Positions 23,253-38,743 of a stretch of 64,000 nucleotides of DNA are shown here, one piece after another. The DNA is from Podarcis liolepis (taxonomy: Eukaryota): assembly GCA_965112155.1 (NCBI GenBank), contig OZ218103.1; one strand, written 5' to 3'. How positions within the stretch are numbered: the first letter of the stretch is position 1; every line of letters begins with the position of its first letter. The notes under the pieces are model-generated. The model was not told the DNA's origin, made no database searches, and was given only the letters and a program-made list of their open reading frames with translations. The position numbers and the translations under genes are program-made.

Positions 23253-26200
23253 TATTCTTTAACAACAGTAAGGGACAGTATGTTTTGCTGATTCACATTT
23301 ACAAACATGTTGGCAAAAAGAAAACAATATCCAGTGTAATTTTTAGCCTATTTTACAGCCCTTGAGGGGGGAAAGCATTAATATAACAGCCTGTCTATGC
23401 TTCTGTTAAGTGCCAGGGAGAATTTTAATCATTACCCACTCTGTAGTTGGCCGCAGTGTTTAAATCTGGGAAACGTGTGCACCCAGAGGACATCCCAAAA
23501 CAATTTTTAAAAGCCTTTTTTAAAGGAGCAGGGGTGTATGGCATACTAAAAATTGGTCAACACTTCCCATTTTTCAAAAGAATTATTTGTGTAAAATGTA
23601 GTTGCTCTATGGTATGGCCACAAACAGAGTCAAGTCCTTAGTATGCTGCATGGATATGAGCTCTGTGTGAAACGGAGAAAATAAATTTACATCAAGATTT
23701 GTAATAGAAGCAGGCCCAGGGTACTCTGTTTCAGGCAAGTTTGGGAAGTGTCAAAAGTAGGAGTTTTTCTAATCCAACATATTTACTTGGGAATAAGATT
23801 GAGTTTGATGGGACTCGCTCCCAAATAAGTGTTTGTAGGATTCCAGTTCTAACAACCTGGCACAAAGAGTGAACAGCACTGGCCAAATTCTGAAAAAGGA
23901 GCCTTTTTGAATAGCACCCAGCTCCTCGGAAGGCTCAGGCTAATCTACTTCATCAAGTGCAGCTCAGGAAGAGATAGCAAGGAGCATTCTGCACATGTCA
24001 CAGTGATTGCCTGAATTCTGGATTCAGCTCAAACAACATGTTACAGGCAGCTGTGTGGATATCACCCACATGTGTCTCCCTGGCAATGTAAGGGGTGGAA
24101 AAGTCATATGACATGCTGCAATGCAGTTTCTGTAGCCACCTGCCTTATGTAAAGTAGGGAAACATGAATGCGTTACTAGTGAGATGTACATGTCCACATA
24201 ACATGTCGTTTGGGTTCCAGAGAATGGCTCTGTTCCGATACAAGAAATCAGAAATCCCCAAATTTCTTGGTAATTTAATTGAAAAGTAGCTAACTCTCAA
24301 AAGATAGCTAGAAAAAGGCACACTATAAAGGTGAATGGGAACTTTGGCATTACCAAATAAACCAAGCTAAAGGATCTTTTACAGCAGAACTGGCTCAAAT
24401 AGGGAAACAGTAGCATACTTTGGTTCCACATAATGAGATGGAATAATCTAGTAAGAGTCACAGTGTCTGGAGATCAAAGGATAATGTGCATTCCTCTATC
24501 CATGAAGATCACATCAACCGCTATCTGAGAATTACTAATTCGGTCCGAAGACTCATCACACTGGCACAGGAAAGGCTCAAAGCACTGACTGTAAAAGAAT
24601 ATACAACCTGACTCAATTTTCCAAGATTCTGTCCTTGTCATTTCCATCAACTGGCCTCTTCCCAAGGAACCCAAGCCTGCAAGTCTGTTCAAGGGCTTTC
24701 TGAAGGAGCGACACCCATTTCCAAAATGACGGAGAGGCAAGGACATGGAAGGCTCCTGTTTCAGGTATGTGTCAGCAAAGTGGCAAGAGAAAGGTGTAGA
24801 AGTACTGAGGCAGCAGTCCTACCCCTTCCCCTTAATCAGCAAGGACTCCCTGACTAGTGGAAGGGCAAAGTGGTCAGAAGACTTCAGCCTCGGTGAGAAA
24901 AATCCAACTTTCTGTGAAAGGGTGAAATGAAGTTCAGAGTATCATGGCATCAAACTGCTCTTCTTGCTTAGCATAATTGCTCTCTTCTACCTTAAGACTA
25001 CAACCTGTGTTTTTCAAACCAGAAGTACTGACTGAGGTCCTAACTAATATGGATGAAGGAAATCCATGATCAGATCTCCCAGTGTCTTTTTCTTTCATTT
25101 AAAAAGCAGTCACTGGCGGGGACTTAACCCTTTACTCCTCTCGCTATTTGCCCTAAAGTTCAGAGATGAGGGAAGAGACAGGTATTCTACAGATACTGAT
25201 TTTCCTACCACACTGGATCATGTTTCTCAGCTAACAGCAGCTTGGGAAGGGCAATGTAAGTCTGGAAAGTGCAATGGACATGAAGGGTTCAGCTCCAAAC
25301 CAGTTCAGCCTCCCTACAGCTTCTTTTAACCAAAGAAATAGATATCAGGAGATCTGATCAAGGAGTTCTCTCGTGTTATGTCTAGTTTGGCTTTGTAAGC
25401 CTGAGTGGGAAGCAGAACACAACAGGCATATCTTGAGCTCAGTAAAAGCCTTCATGCTGATCATGTTTGCTCATAACATCTTCACAACAACTTGATACTC
25501 GATTTTAGTCTATGTTGAAGTAAGGAGGAGAAAGGCAGCAGGAGTCATAACTGACTGCATTTTTTAACATATAGAGAAAGTTCCATTCTGGAGAAACAAT
25601 CTGTAAGCTATTTACATTGCTGTGACCTAGCTTAAACTCAAGGGGACAAGGATCATTGCCATTTGAGACATCTAACCCAATGAAAAAGTATATTTGGGCT
25701 AAAAAAATAGCTTGAAATTTAATCAGCCTCTTTCTAAGGTACTATACAGCAGGAGAAGAAAGCAACAGGCAGTCTCCCAAACTCCAGTCCATGACTGCTT
25801 TTCACTGTGGGAAAAGGTTGCTGTTAAATAGCTTGACCTTGGTTTCCAACAATGCCTTCCACTTGGTCCTTCTAATATGAATTGAGTAGTAAAAGTACTC
25901 CAGGCATGAGGAGAGTCAACCTGGATCGGAAGCCACAGCTCATCCAGTGCTGCCAAACTGAACCTTTGGTAAGAGTGGTGTGTTTTAAGGTAGCAAAGAC
26001 AGGTAGAAGAGTTGGAGAAGGATGCAGCCAGCAATTTGAATGGCAGTACTGGCTGCAGCAGGTTTGCTCCAAGGCAGGATATGTGCTATAGTAGCCTGAG
26101 ACAACAACCCTTTTCCTTCTGGGGGTGAAGCTTGATTAGTGAAGTTTCCAATCTTCAGGTGGTGGAAGCAAAATCCCAGTATCTGAGAGCAGTTGGTTCC

Positions 26201-26591
26201 CAATAAACATTCCACTTTGAATGTGCAGTGGATTCCCAGTGTAATGCAAAGCGGTTCCAACTTTTGTGCTTTGACAATGCAGTGGCTGCTGCCTCTGGCA
26301 TCTTGACTTCCTAGGAATCAACTGCTGCAGGTTCTTAGGAGTGCCCTCACAGCATGGTCTGAGAGTTGGCTCCCTGATGCCTCAAAACCCTTTCTAGTAT
26401 GATGACTTCATTATTATAGGGTTTCCTTGGAGACATTAGCGGTGTTGCTGGGGCAAGGAAACAGCTGTTGAAGCAACAGAAGCAACCCGAGGAGCCCGGA
26501 GCCTGCAGAGGGGAAGTTCCATGGCTCAAAGAAGGTAATACTGGCAAGAGATCCTTGCTCCCTTCACATGGTGTTGCCTGAAGCCAACCCT

Positions 26592-26819
<228 letters not shown>

Positions 26820-27034
26820 TCAAAGATACATAGATGTAAAATTCTGGAAATAGCCTAGAAGATTTAGTTGTCCCACAAATAATCACTTACTCCCGCTAGT
26901 GTCGATACGCTGTCAACTTTAAGAAATAATTTCATATAGGAGATATAAATATATTATTATTGTGGGTCCTAAGACCCGCAGCCAAGGCTGCCTCTGATAC
27001 ACGTTAGAAGAAATGAAGTTTGAATCTTCAGAGG

Positions 27035-27328
27035 GTTTTATTCAATTGTCATTCTTCCCCTAGTGGAAGGTTCTTTGATTTAGCAATGCCTTTTGTCTGT
27101 TGAGCAGAGATAGAAACATTCATCGGCTACTTCCCTTTTCTTCGGCAGCCCCCGCCCCACCTCAAATCTCCTCTCAGAAGTTGGCAAGCCCTTTAGAACA
27201 GCATGGGAGGTGGCAACATGCGGAGAGGAAATACTTCGAGAGGTTCTTAATCCCTGTTCCACTGATGGAAGGCTGTGCTGGATTAAAGAGCCTTCCACCA
27301 GTGGAAGTATATCAACTGGATATAATCC
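27035..27328. mobile_element. Old fold-back MITE in the last RhoGAP intron
   Basis: Imperfect ~85-bp inverted arms (cttcccctagtggaaggttctttgatttagca / tgctggattaaagagccttccaccagtggaag). Similar cores near 8260, 44430 and 49200. Confidence 0.55.
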
Positions 27329-27449
27329 AGAATATTTGCAATGCAGAGTAAAGCGAGATGTTCCAGAGTGCAGCTACCGTATGCTGCTTCAGAATGCCTG
27401 TGGCTTGTCTGCTGCTTCAGAATGATTCCTAGTCTCAGAAATGCAGTTA

Positions 27450-27767
<318 letters not shown>

Positions 27768-28541
27768 CTAAATAAGACTGTTCTTCCCCAGAGGAAAGAG
27801 AGCACCACCCATTTCATTGAGATTTATGGTTTCAGACCTTTGAAATCACAGGACACAAATCCTAAAGGGGCTAGGGTAGCAATGGCCTGTGGCTTCAGAA
27901 GTAGGTATTAAAAGCTTTGGTTTAGATAGGAGGGAAGAAACATAAGAACACAAGATGGATCTATTTCAGTGTACTGTGATAGTGTGACTGAAATGTTAAG
28001 GTAAGAGGGAATCTACTGGAGGGCAGAATGCTGGAAATGGAGCAGTTGGGTATGGAAAAGGAAGTGGGTATGGAACAAGGGTGGGTGGGGAGGGAATGAG
28101 TTTTTTGGGTTAGGAAAAGGTCCCAAATCAAAGATCTCCTGTTTTGAAGGCTTCTGAATAAAAGTAAGTTCCTGCTATTTATTTGATTCCCATTCTCTCA
28201 TGAATGAAAACAGTTATATTGTCAATCTGGGTCTACTTTCCACAGAATTGAAGGATTTGAGCACCTCCCCACAAAAGTAATGTATTAATGGTGAGGCTGT
28301 GACGGGGGACAGAATCACAAAAAGAAAACAGGTCTTTTCAGCAGTGCAGCCTTTCTCCTGCTGGTTGGAATGTTCTCCCAGATGATTGAGTAATATTTTT
28401 TCTTGCAACAGTTGGCAAATGTGGGGATGGGGTGGTGGGGTGGTGCTGTTCTGCAGAGGTCAGGGGATGGTGGGTCTGTTTTATGGTGTGATTGTACTTT
28501 TAATCTTTAAGTTGTTGTGAGACCTTTTCATAAAGTAATCA

Positions 28542-28709
<168 letters not shown>

Positions 28710-30263
28710 TCATCAATAAAGACCAACTGAACAGAGGAAGCAAATCCCACAGATCCAGGAACCAGAGGAACAGACAAGACTACATACTTCAGAAAGCCAT
28801 GTACAGAGTTGTTTGACAAGAATGCCATAGTTAGTGTTATACAAGTAGGACACGAACCAAGATATTGCAGTTTAGAGTGCATCTGTTTGATATTTCCCCT
28901 TAAATGGGGGTGGGTTGGGGTAGGGAGAGGGGTACTAAAGGTGTCTCTACCTGCTCTGCTTAAGGACCAGAAACCTTGGCTCTTCCTCTCCCTGAGTCTT
29001 TCAATTCCAGCTGGTCATTACAAGAACTCTATTAACTAAGAAATAGTGCCAGAGTTTGCTTTTCCCCTCTTATCTCCCAAACTCTTTTCCTTTCAGGTCA
29101 TGACTTTTATAAACTTTTAGACTAAGCCTCAAGGCATCATTATCATCAACATTTGTAAACTGTTCTGGGAGCCTTTTATGGCAGAAGAATGTGACTTTAA
29201 AATGCTATAAACAAACAAACAGACCAAGCCGCAATATTTGGGGGGTCTCATTAATCTACTAATTCCTCCCTCTTGAGCATGGCGGCTGTGGCTAAATGAA
29301 GAGTCATGTTCTGAGAGTGAGTATTTAATTAATATAGAGGATTCATTTTTAAACAGTTTTTGCCAAAACAATGGCCTTATTGGTATGGCAGACATGTTGG
29401 GGGTATGTTATATTTCTAAAAATGCCTTTATCAGCAGCAGCCCTAGTACGGGGATACAAACTACCACAATGAGACTTCCTTCCTTCAACTATGATGCAGA
29501 TGTCAGCACTGCCATAAATCAAGCTCTGGCTCTAAATGGTTTAAACAAGCTAAGCAGCTAAAAACGCAGCCCCTTCCCCATGTTATGCAAGACAAGTTTC
29601 TTTACAACTTTTCAACTTGTGGTCTACGGGGCCTGTCCAGTTTTTTTGTAGTGGCTTCTTCATTCTATAAATATTTTTATTAGTTGTTTCCAGATGCAAT
29701 TCCTTGCCCTTGATTTTCAGAACAGAGTGCAAAAACAAAGTAAATTCCCCACTCTCAAGGCCCTAGATTAGGTAGTATCTCTACTGGGGGGAGGGGGTGA
29801 GCAGTGGCAATTCCTCTTCCCATCCTAGCTAACTCTGACAAAGCTAGCAATGGCTAAATGGCCTTCACAAACACGGTGATATTCTAGGAAAGGAGGAGAT
29901 TAAATCGCAGAAAACATGCACAGCTGATGCACATGTACCACAGTTCTCTCCCCACCCCCAATCCAAAATATGCAGATGGGTAGATTAGAGATTTTAGCCT
30001 CAGGTTTTAGGAGCGAGTTCATATGTACTAGCATAAGCCTATTTGTTTGGAAGCAACTGAGAAGGTGGCACGAGTCCCTGGAGACCTCATAAATCTTTTG
30101 CTGTGGTTTGAAAGCTGCTTCCTCTCCTAAAACTGTTTGTAAAAACGAGGCTTGAGAGGATGCAGTTCCACTAGGGCAAGGGGCAGAAATGCCATGCATC
30201 TCCAACTATCCGGTCAGCTATACAGTAATCAATCCTTTATGTAGCTCCGGTCGGCCAACCTCA

Positions 30264-30464
<201 letters not shown>

Positions 30465-30909
30465 CTATAAGCAAAAAGGGGAAAGGAAAAGGATGGAAAA
30501 CAATGATGAACAGATTTGCATACGAAACAATCACATGGAAAGCCTCCTAGGAAAGCATTTTGTATTTGCTCTGAATTTTTAAAAATAATTATGTCAGAAC
30601 CTGTGTGGATGAGCATGTTAGCTGTGGCCTGTTCGTGCTGTATGCAGCACCCATGGGGGGGGGGAGGATGCATATTCACAATTAAGCCATGGGTAGTTTA
30701 TGCAGTGCCCTCCAGATTTTGGATTCCGATGCCCATCAGCTCTAGCAAGCATGAGCAATGGAAGTTGTAGTCCAGCAACATATGGAGGGCACCATGTTGC
30801 TCTCCCCTGGCTTAGTGTGACATGGTAACCAGCCTACCCACTTCTCCACTGGGGGAAAAAGCTGCAGTGGGGGCATAGAGACTCAGTATGATGACAGTGT
30901 CACACACTG

Positions 30910-31086
30910 GAAGCTGCCTTACACAAAATCAGACCATTGATCCACTGAGCTCATTATTTCTACACTGAGTTGGCAGAAGTTCTCCATAGCTTCAGACAGG
31001 AGTCTTTCTCAACGCTACCCAGAGATGCCAGCAGAGATAAGATTGGGAGTGTCTGCATGCTAAGCATATGCTCTGCCACTGAGCTA
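30910..31086 (-). mobile_element. tRNA-derived SINE (same family)
   Basis: Minus strand tagctcagtggcagagcatatgcttagcatgcag...ggtctgattttgtgtaaggcagcttc. Confidence 0.7.
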
Positions 31087-31915
31087 ATGCGCTTTCCCAA
31101 GAAAAGTACTTCTAAAATGATACACATTTTAAAATGGTCATAGCAGAAAAACTGTGTGTCCATGGAGCTGTCATCCTAGTATTATTCCTCTGTAAATGTA
31201 ATTCTGGCCTTCAATTGCTGCTGATAAGTTAGTGGAGCGTGCACTCATATTAGCTATTTATTCATCGTTTTTGCAAACGTAAGGTAATGGAACATTTCCA
31301 ATCCAGACAAGAACTTGTATAATTCCTCTATGGTACTTTGATGTCATGCATAACAGGAAGAATTCAGCCTCACAGTGCACACATGACTCAGTCAGATGAT
31401 CACATCTATGCCAGGCAAGAGTACGCCATTTTTCCAGTAATGATAAATATGCTGAAAATGTCTGCATCATAATGAAATTGATCTCAAAAACCGTGAGTGC
31501 TAGAAATTCATTCTTCACTTTGGGAAAAATAAGGAGATTTCCAGAACTCACATAAGTGTTTTACTATATGTGACCTTGCTCACCCAATCCTGCAGCATGT
31601 GTTTTATAAGTACAATTCCACGGCCCCCTATCTTAATTCTGATTACCAGGGCATCTTCCCACCCATTTGTTGTATGAATATTCAAGACCTATGAAAATGA
31701 AGATTTCATGTTATTTTGTCTTTCCACTGAATTTGTCTGTCTTAAAAAAGGAAAAGTAGAAGATTTCTGGCATATCATTCCCACACCTACCACTGACTTT
31801 TCCATTAATGTCTGCAGATTTCCAATCTATGCTTCTGATCACCATCAAAATAATGCCAAAGGGGCAAGAGAACAGTTCACTTAAACTACTAAATGAGAAT
31901 ATGACACTGACTCAC

Positions 31916-31989
31916 CTTTTTGCCTCCAGTGACTGCAACTTTTTGAAGCTTCCGGTAGCAGTATCTGGCATAAGTGCTGATAGGAAGAC
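31916..31989 (-). CDS. ARHGAP39-like exon: end of MyTH4
   Basis: tttgttag|GT CTT CCT...AAA AAG|gtgagt gives GLPISTYARYCYRKLQKVAVTGGKK; 74 nt, phase 1-0. Confidence 0.93.
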
Positions 31990-33404
31990 CTAACAAATGG
32001 AAATAAATAAAATGGGAGTTTTAGAATAGTTGTGGAGAACTTCAGAGGAGAAAATGGCCCCAGAGCACAAATGTTTGTATTCTCCCTAACTGACCCTCAA
32101 GCTTATCCTTCTGAGCAAGTGATAAAATAAGTGCTATAAAGGCCTTATTACTGTTTTACTGTGCAATAAATGTGCACTTGTTGTGGCAGATCTAGATATC
32201 CTTTCTCAAGATAGCACTTCTGCCGCAGGGTTATTTCATTAGCCTGGCACTCAGAATAGTCTTCCCCTCCAACTATCACATCCATTGCAGTTTGGAGTGC
32301 TGTGAGAAATGTAATTGAATTGGGGTCAAGTGGTACAACTCCTTAAAGTCCGTGGCATTTTGTGAATTTTTATTTTTCAAAAGAGGGATTTTTTTCCAGT
32401 GCAGGAAAACACATACAGTATTCTAGAAGGGAGAAAAGTTCTGATGAACATCAGAAAGGCAGTATTTCCCCCATAGCAATGTTCTACATTTTGTGAACCT
32501 TTACCCATCAAAAACACATATCATACTAAACTGTATGTGCTTTTTCTCTAGCACTAGTGCTTAGACTTCCCCTGATAAAAACAAAAACAAAGCAATGAAC
32601 AGATCACTTTCTCCCGCACTGTGTAGGACTAATATTAGTTTCTGACAGACTTTAGTATAAAATGTCATTTGGCCACTGTCTGGAAAAGCACTCAGAGGGA
32701 GCTGCTAGGCTGAGGTCTCTGTGAGAAATGAGTTGAACAGGTCTTACAAACTGCATGTGCAGTTCTGCCTCCTAACATGAGATAATATAGATGTGCATTA
32801 TTTCACTTTTGCATACGTGCTTCACAGTCTCATATAGGCACATAAAGCTGGAGATGGCAACCCTCTAATTTCTTTGGATTATTATCCCACCTCCTGCTGC
32901 TATTCAAAATGACATACAAAAGCCCTCTAGTGCTGCAGTCCTGAACGTAACAAAGTACAGATACATTCTCTTTCCTGAAATGCCCTCACTTAATCATGTT
33001 TTCTGACAAGTCTGGGGTCCAGGTGACGAAGAATGCTCTTCTGGGAATACAGAAAAGGGCACGGTGAATGGGCAAATTACTCTGGGCATCTTCTGGCTTC
33101 AGATAATGGAACCAGCCGGGTTCTGTCATCACATATACTGAGGAGCACCTCCTAGTGCATTCTTAATCCTTGATGGAAATCAAAGCTCCAGACCCCTAAA
33201 TTACTTTGCCAGATCAAGTCCAATTAATTTCAGTGAGACCCGAGCTTGGGCTGACATAGTGTTTTGTGGATGAGTGCTGAGGGAGCACCAGTACAATTCT
33301 GGAGCAGGTAAGCAGCTCCATGTATGAGAGGCCTTCTTACTGCCCTGTGCTTCCAGAAACAGGGTCATCCTAAACTAGCCAAAATGAGGTACCCTGGGCA
33401 ATAT

Positions 33405-33945
33405 TAAAGCAAATCACTGAAGGTCAACACTGAATTATTTGAGATTGGAAAAACATAAATGAATTGTGAAGAGCTCCAAAAGGACCTCTCCAAATTGAGT
33501 AATTTGGAGGCAATAAAATCACAAAAGTAGTTCAACATAAGAATCAAATGCACAGTTTCAGATAATGTAACTCTCCTATGAGGAGAAACATTTTAGTTTA
33601 GTTGAGGGCTTTTTAATTTAGAGAAAAGACATGTAAGGGAAGGGGGGACACAGAGAGAGAAATAAAACTGCATGGTATGAGGAAAGTGAATAGGGTATTT
33701 CTTCCTCTCTCATAACTAGTAGCCAAGAACAGTAAGTGAAGCTGAACATTCAAAACAAACAGAAGTACTTATTCACACAGTGCATAGGTAATCTATGGAG
33801 TTCCCTATCACAAGATGTGGTGATGGCCACCACCTTAAAAGAGGATTAAACAAATTCATGGACGATAAGGCTGCCAATGACTAGTCATGATGGCTGTGTG
33901 CTACCTTGAGGATCAGAGGCAACATGTCTCTGAATACCAAAGGAA
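33405..33945 (+). mobile_element. CR1-type LINE 3' fragment
   Basis: Degenerate motifs ctccaaaaggacctctccaaa, ttcacacagtgcatag and aaaagaggattaaacaaattcatgga; shared with 41395-41670. Confidence 0.65.
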
Positions 33946-34606
33946 CACAGAACACAGGAAGCTAACTCATAGCGAGGGCCCCATTGCTCCATCTACCTCA
34001 GTATTGTCCTAATTTCAGACAGGAGGCTTATCCAGCCCTCTGTAAATTGAAAAGGAACTCTTTAGCTGCTAGATAAGATGGGAATGCAGTGCTGCTTGTC
34101 TACACTGAATCCAGTGAATCCATCTCGGGACTTTTGCTGTCAAAGTTCTCAGACTAGAAGAGAAGGGAAGGAAGCCTACCCATCTACCATAAATGTAGGG
34201 TACAAAAATAGCTAAATAAAGGTGTCTCCTAAACCCTGCAGTTGAAAGTCTATTATTAACTAATCCCATCTGAATGGAGAGATCCAGTTTGCTCTGTGAA
34301 AATAAGACGGCAACACATCTTTATTTGGAAACACGTTCTACTGAAATCAATTGGACTTTAAGTGTGGTTAAGATGTGCTGTTAATCATTAAATACTGCTT
34401 ATCAAGTGTTGCATACAAATTTTTATCAGTAGCCATTTTGCAATTTCCTCCATTCCCAAAATGTTGATGCTTGTACAACTCCTGGGTCTTATCTTTCTAC
34501 AATAAAGCCCGTACAACTATATCTGAGGTCAATGGCACACAAACACAGACATGTGTAGTTGTGTCTCCTCTATTATTAGCCCTCCTCATAATTCAGTTAT
34601 TTTTAC

Positions 34607-34696
34607 CTTCATCCTCTGTATTTTGCTTCCTCTTTTTCCTGGATTTTGAGTTCTTTTTGTTTTTCATATCCAGAAGCTCCTTAATGCGCTGGGTAA
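34607..34696 (-). CDS. ARHGAP39-like 90-nt lysine-rich exon
   Basis: ttttcag|TT ACC CAG CGC...GAA G|gtaaa gives (I)TQRIKELLDMKNKKNSKSRKKRKQNTEDE. Phase 1-1. Resembles the recalled ARHGAP39 segment VTQHIKELLERNTKKKSKLRKK. Confidence 0.88.
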
Positions 34697-35970
34697 CTGA
34701 AAATCCAAAGCATCGTTGATTGAGTGATGGCAAAAACATTAAATGCTCACTGCCGTTTTACTCAGCCATGGCAGAAGAGGGGCCCGTATTTACTGAATTC
34801 ACACATCACAAAATCAGCTCTATCCATCTCCTTTTCATTACATGTCAAGATCAGTTTTCATTACAAACATCAAGATCAGTTTAACAATGAATGTAAGAAG
34901 AAGGAAGTTCAGATTCTAAAAAAATCTTTTTCGGTTTATTAATTTGATTAAAAATCAGCTGGAATGTTTACCATTCATGGACGGAAACTTTTCAGGATTA
35001 TGGCTGCTGAAGGGGTTATATCTGATCCCAGGGACAAAAAAAGGGTCTCATTTCTTACTAATGAAGTCTCCTAACCAATTATTTTCTTTTAGCAACCTTC
35101 AGGATACTGTACTTGGAATAAAACCATTGCACTGAATGCTTTCTCTTCACTTTCTAAAGCATTTAACATGATATAGAGCAAAAGTTCTTGAACTGGGTTA
35201 ACACAACTCCCCAAATGTATATCTTGACAAACAGAGCAACATGAAAGACATTTGGCCATTTACTATGAGTGAGCTTGCCAGCTGTGATCTAAAAAAATGT
35301 GATACATCTGATACAATTATTTATGTCACTGTTTTTTCCATCTACTTAATTATGTCAGCCTTCCCTTAGAATTCTTATAATAGCTTATCACCAAGTTCTA
35401 AAGGAACATTCCAAATTGCTGCCCCCCCTAAAGAGGCTAGATATTTTCACTCAAAGAAACAAGCTCAATGGGAGCAGATCAACACCTTAAAATAGCAGAA
35501 ATGTTTTTTCTTCTTAGTTGTTTTCCAAGACTGGAGTGGAGAGAGAAATCTGCTTTGTAATTGTTATTGTTATAATTTGGCTATTATTGGGGTTCATTGG
35601 AAAACTAATAAAAAATGTATTAAAAGAAGAAGTCTGCTTTGTGCAAAAAGTCAGGTAAACCTTTTGTTGTAACACCAACTCTATTTCACTTGCTAGCAAA
35701 GAAATAACTGTTGCTTTTAATCCTGCTGCATTCTTTTGAGCTCCTTTACTATCAGAATGTACTGAGCTTTGTTATTACTTTTCACTTACAGTACCTATTA
35801 CAGTAAGAATAAAATATATTAAAAATTATACAGATAAATGTCCCATAGATAATAATTCTAAAACTTCCTTTTCCCTAAATCTGGAAATGAAAAGGTTGCC
35901 TACTCCTGCTGAACAGGATCTTTACTCAATTTTATTTGCTATTGTGCTGCAATGTATTTCACCCTTATTA

Positions 35971-36564
<594 letters not shown>

Positions 36565-38743
36565 TTAAAAGGGGGGGGGGGGAGCTGAGCTACTCATATT
36601 TCCCTGAGCAGAACAGCTAACTATAGTCACTTCCAAAAGAGGGGGCAGTCTTTCTATGAGTCCCAGTGTCTACTGACAACTTGAGAAGCTCTCTCTCTCC
36701 CTCTCTCCGTACCTCTCCAGTATCTCCTTGTGCCAATGTCTGAAACTTCAACTCAAACCCACCCTTTCACACCCTTCTAACTCGGTTCCTGCTTTTGTAA
36801 TATGAGGCCTTTCTTCATATGTCCCCTCAGAGGGACGTGGCAAAATAAGAACAGGCCTTTTCAATGGTGGCTCCCCAATAATGGAATGCTCTCTTCAGAA
36901 ATACGCATCTTAGGCCATCCTTATCAATGTTTAGATGCTAGGCAAGGATGTTTACTCAGGCATTTGGCTCTTAATTGGGGTCATAGGGTATGATACTCTT
37001 TTAGTAGGGTTGAATAGGATTCTTCCTATTTATGTTATTGCAGAATGAGCACCTTTACTCAATTCATGTTCATTTATCTTTCCTGATGCATTTTAAATGT
37101 TGTGTACGCATGCTTTTATAGAATTGTACTTTACTTTGACACATTTTTGTAGTAAGCAACAAATAAATGCAGTAATAATAGTTATTGTTGTTACTGTTAC
37201 TACAGAAGCTCCAGTTTTCAGTGAACAACATCTTCCTTACATATTTGTCTCTGTAAGAAGGCAGGGAAAAACATGGAGCCCTATTACTGGTAATTTTGTT
37301 AATTTTGTTCCTTATGAGATGCAATGATCTCTGTTCTCTGTCACAAAAGAACAGCTGGGGAGATCTGGGTGCTCACAGATGAACAACAGCCTCAGGGATG
37401 GGTCCTGGTGTTGTCACAAGGAGGACAGCTGTCCCTTGTGCTAGTGACAGGTTTGTCATGCTGGATTCTCTTAGTTGTTGCCTCAGTGCATTAGGCTGTA
37501 GGGGAAACCCATAAGGAGTCCTCCAGAAGTAGAATTTTTCAATACTGTCAGCTCATTCTAAAAATTATTAACACCATGAACTTTTTTCTTTTCTTTTCCA
37601 ATTCGAATTTTGGATTTTTTTCTTTGCTTTTTAGCTCAGAGCATTTAACATTTCAAAGCATTGCTGTAGAAGGACAAAATACCATAGCTTTATTTTATTT
37701 TGTAAACTACCCTGTGTTGAATTGTTTTAATTCATAGAGCTTGTTAAAAAGCACCAAGTAAACATCTTATGTGTTATAAAGCATGACAGTTGCAAAGTAG
37801 CCTCCACAAAGAGCTGAAATGGGCTTGTGGAAAAGCAGGGAGGTGTCTTTGCAGCTTGTTTGCGTGGTGACAATGCTTAGACACCTCTACAACAGCTAGA
37901 GGGGAAATGGAGGAAGCTCCAGTTCAGACTTTGGAGGTAGCTAGGAAGAGCCTTGAATGTCTTCCAGAAGTTGTGTCAGTTGACTGGTCTGCAGTGAAGG
38001 GCATGCTACAGAATGGGAGAAAACCTGTCTGGGGGGTGGGAGGGGTCAGGATCTACAGATTCACTAGTCACAGGTTCTAATCCTTTAGGTTAAAGTAGCA
38101 AACTTGGTAATATAAGAATGATGATTCCAGGTTTGTCCAAACATATAAATAAAACTTTCCAAAAATTCTCTAAAGATGACAATGCTGTCCTAATTGTTAA
38201 GTTTTTACAGGATATGACAAATACGATACAGACATCGTATAATGTACAGACACACACACACGATAGAATTATAGTCTGGGAAAGATCTAAAGGTCATCCA
38301 GTTCATCCCCCTGCTGATGCGTTCCTGCAGGTGACCATCCAGTCTTTGCTTAAACTCCCCTAACAAAGTCTAGCTCCTTCTGAGGCAGTCTGTTCCACTG
38401 CTGAATGAGTGGCATGAGGCATGGAGTCAAGAGGGCCTTTCAGGTCCCACTAACTGCTTCAGAAGTGGAGCAAGGAGAAGTGGCTCGTGGCTCCTTTAGG
38501 AATGTAGACTTTCTGTTGGCTATCCTGACAGATTTATATAGCAACATCTCTTCTAAAGCAATTTTAAGAGGGCCCAAATGATTCGATAATTAGTGACACC
38601 CTTTTAAACGTAACCCCACCACAGGTGCCCCAAAACTCTCCAACCCACCACCACTTGGCCAATTGCATCCAAAGGCTTCATCAACTCCATTTCCACAAAA
38701 TGCCTTGCTGCCTGATAAGAGAAGATTGTTAATAAAAGAATAC

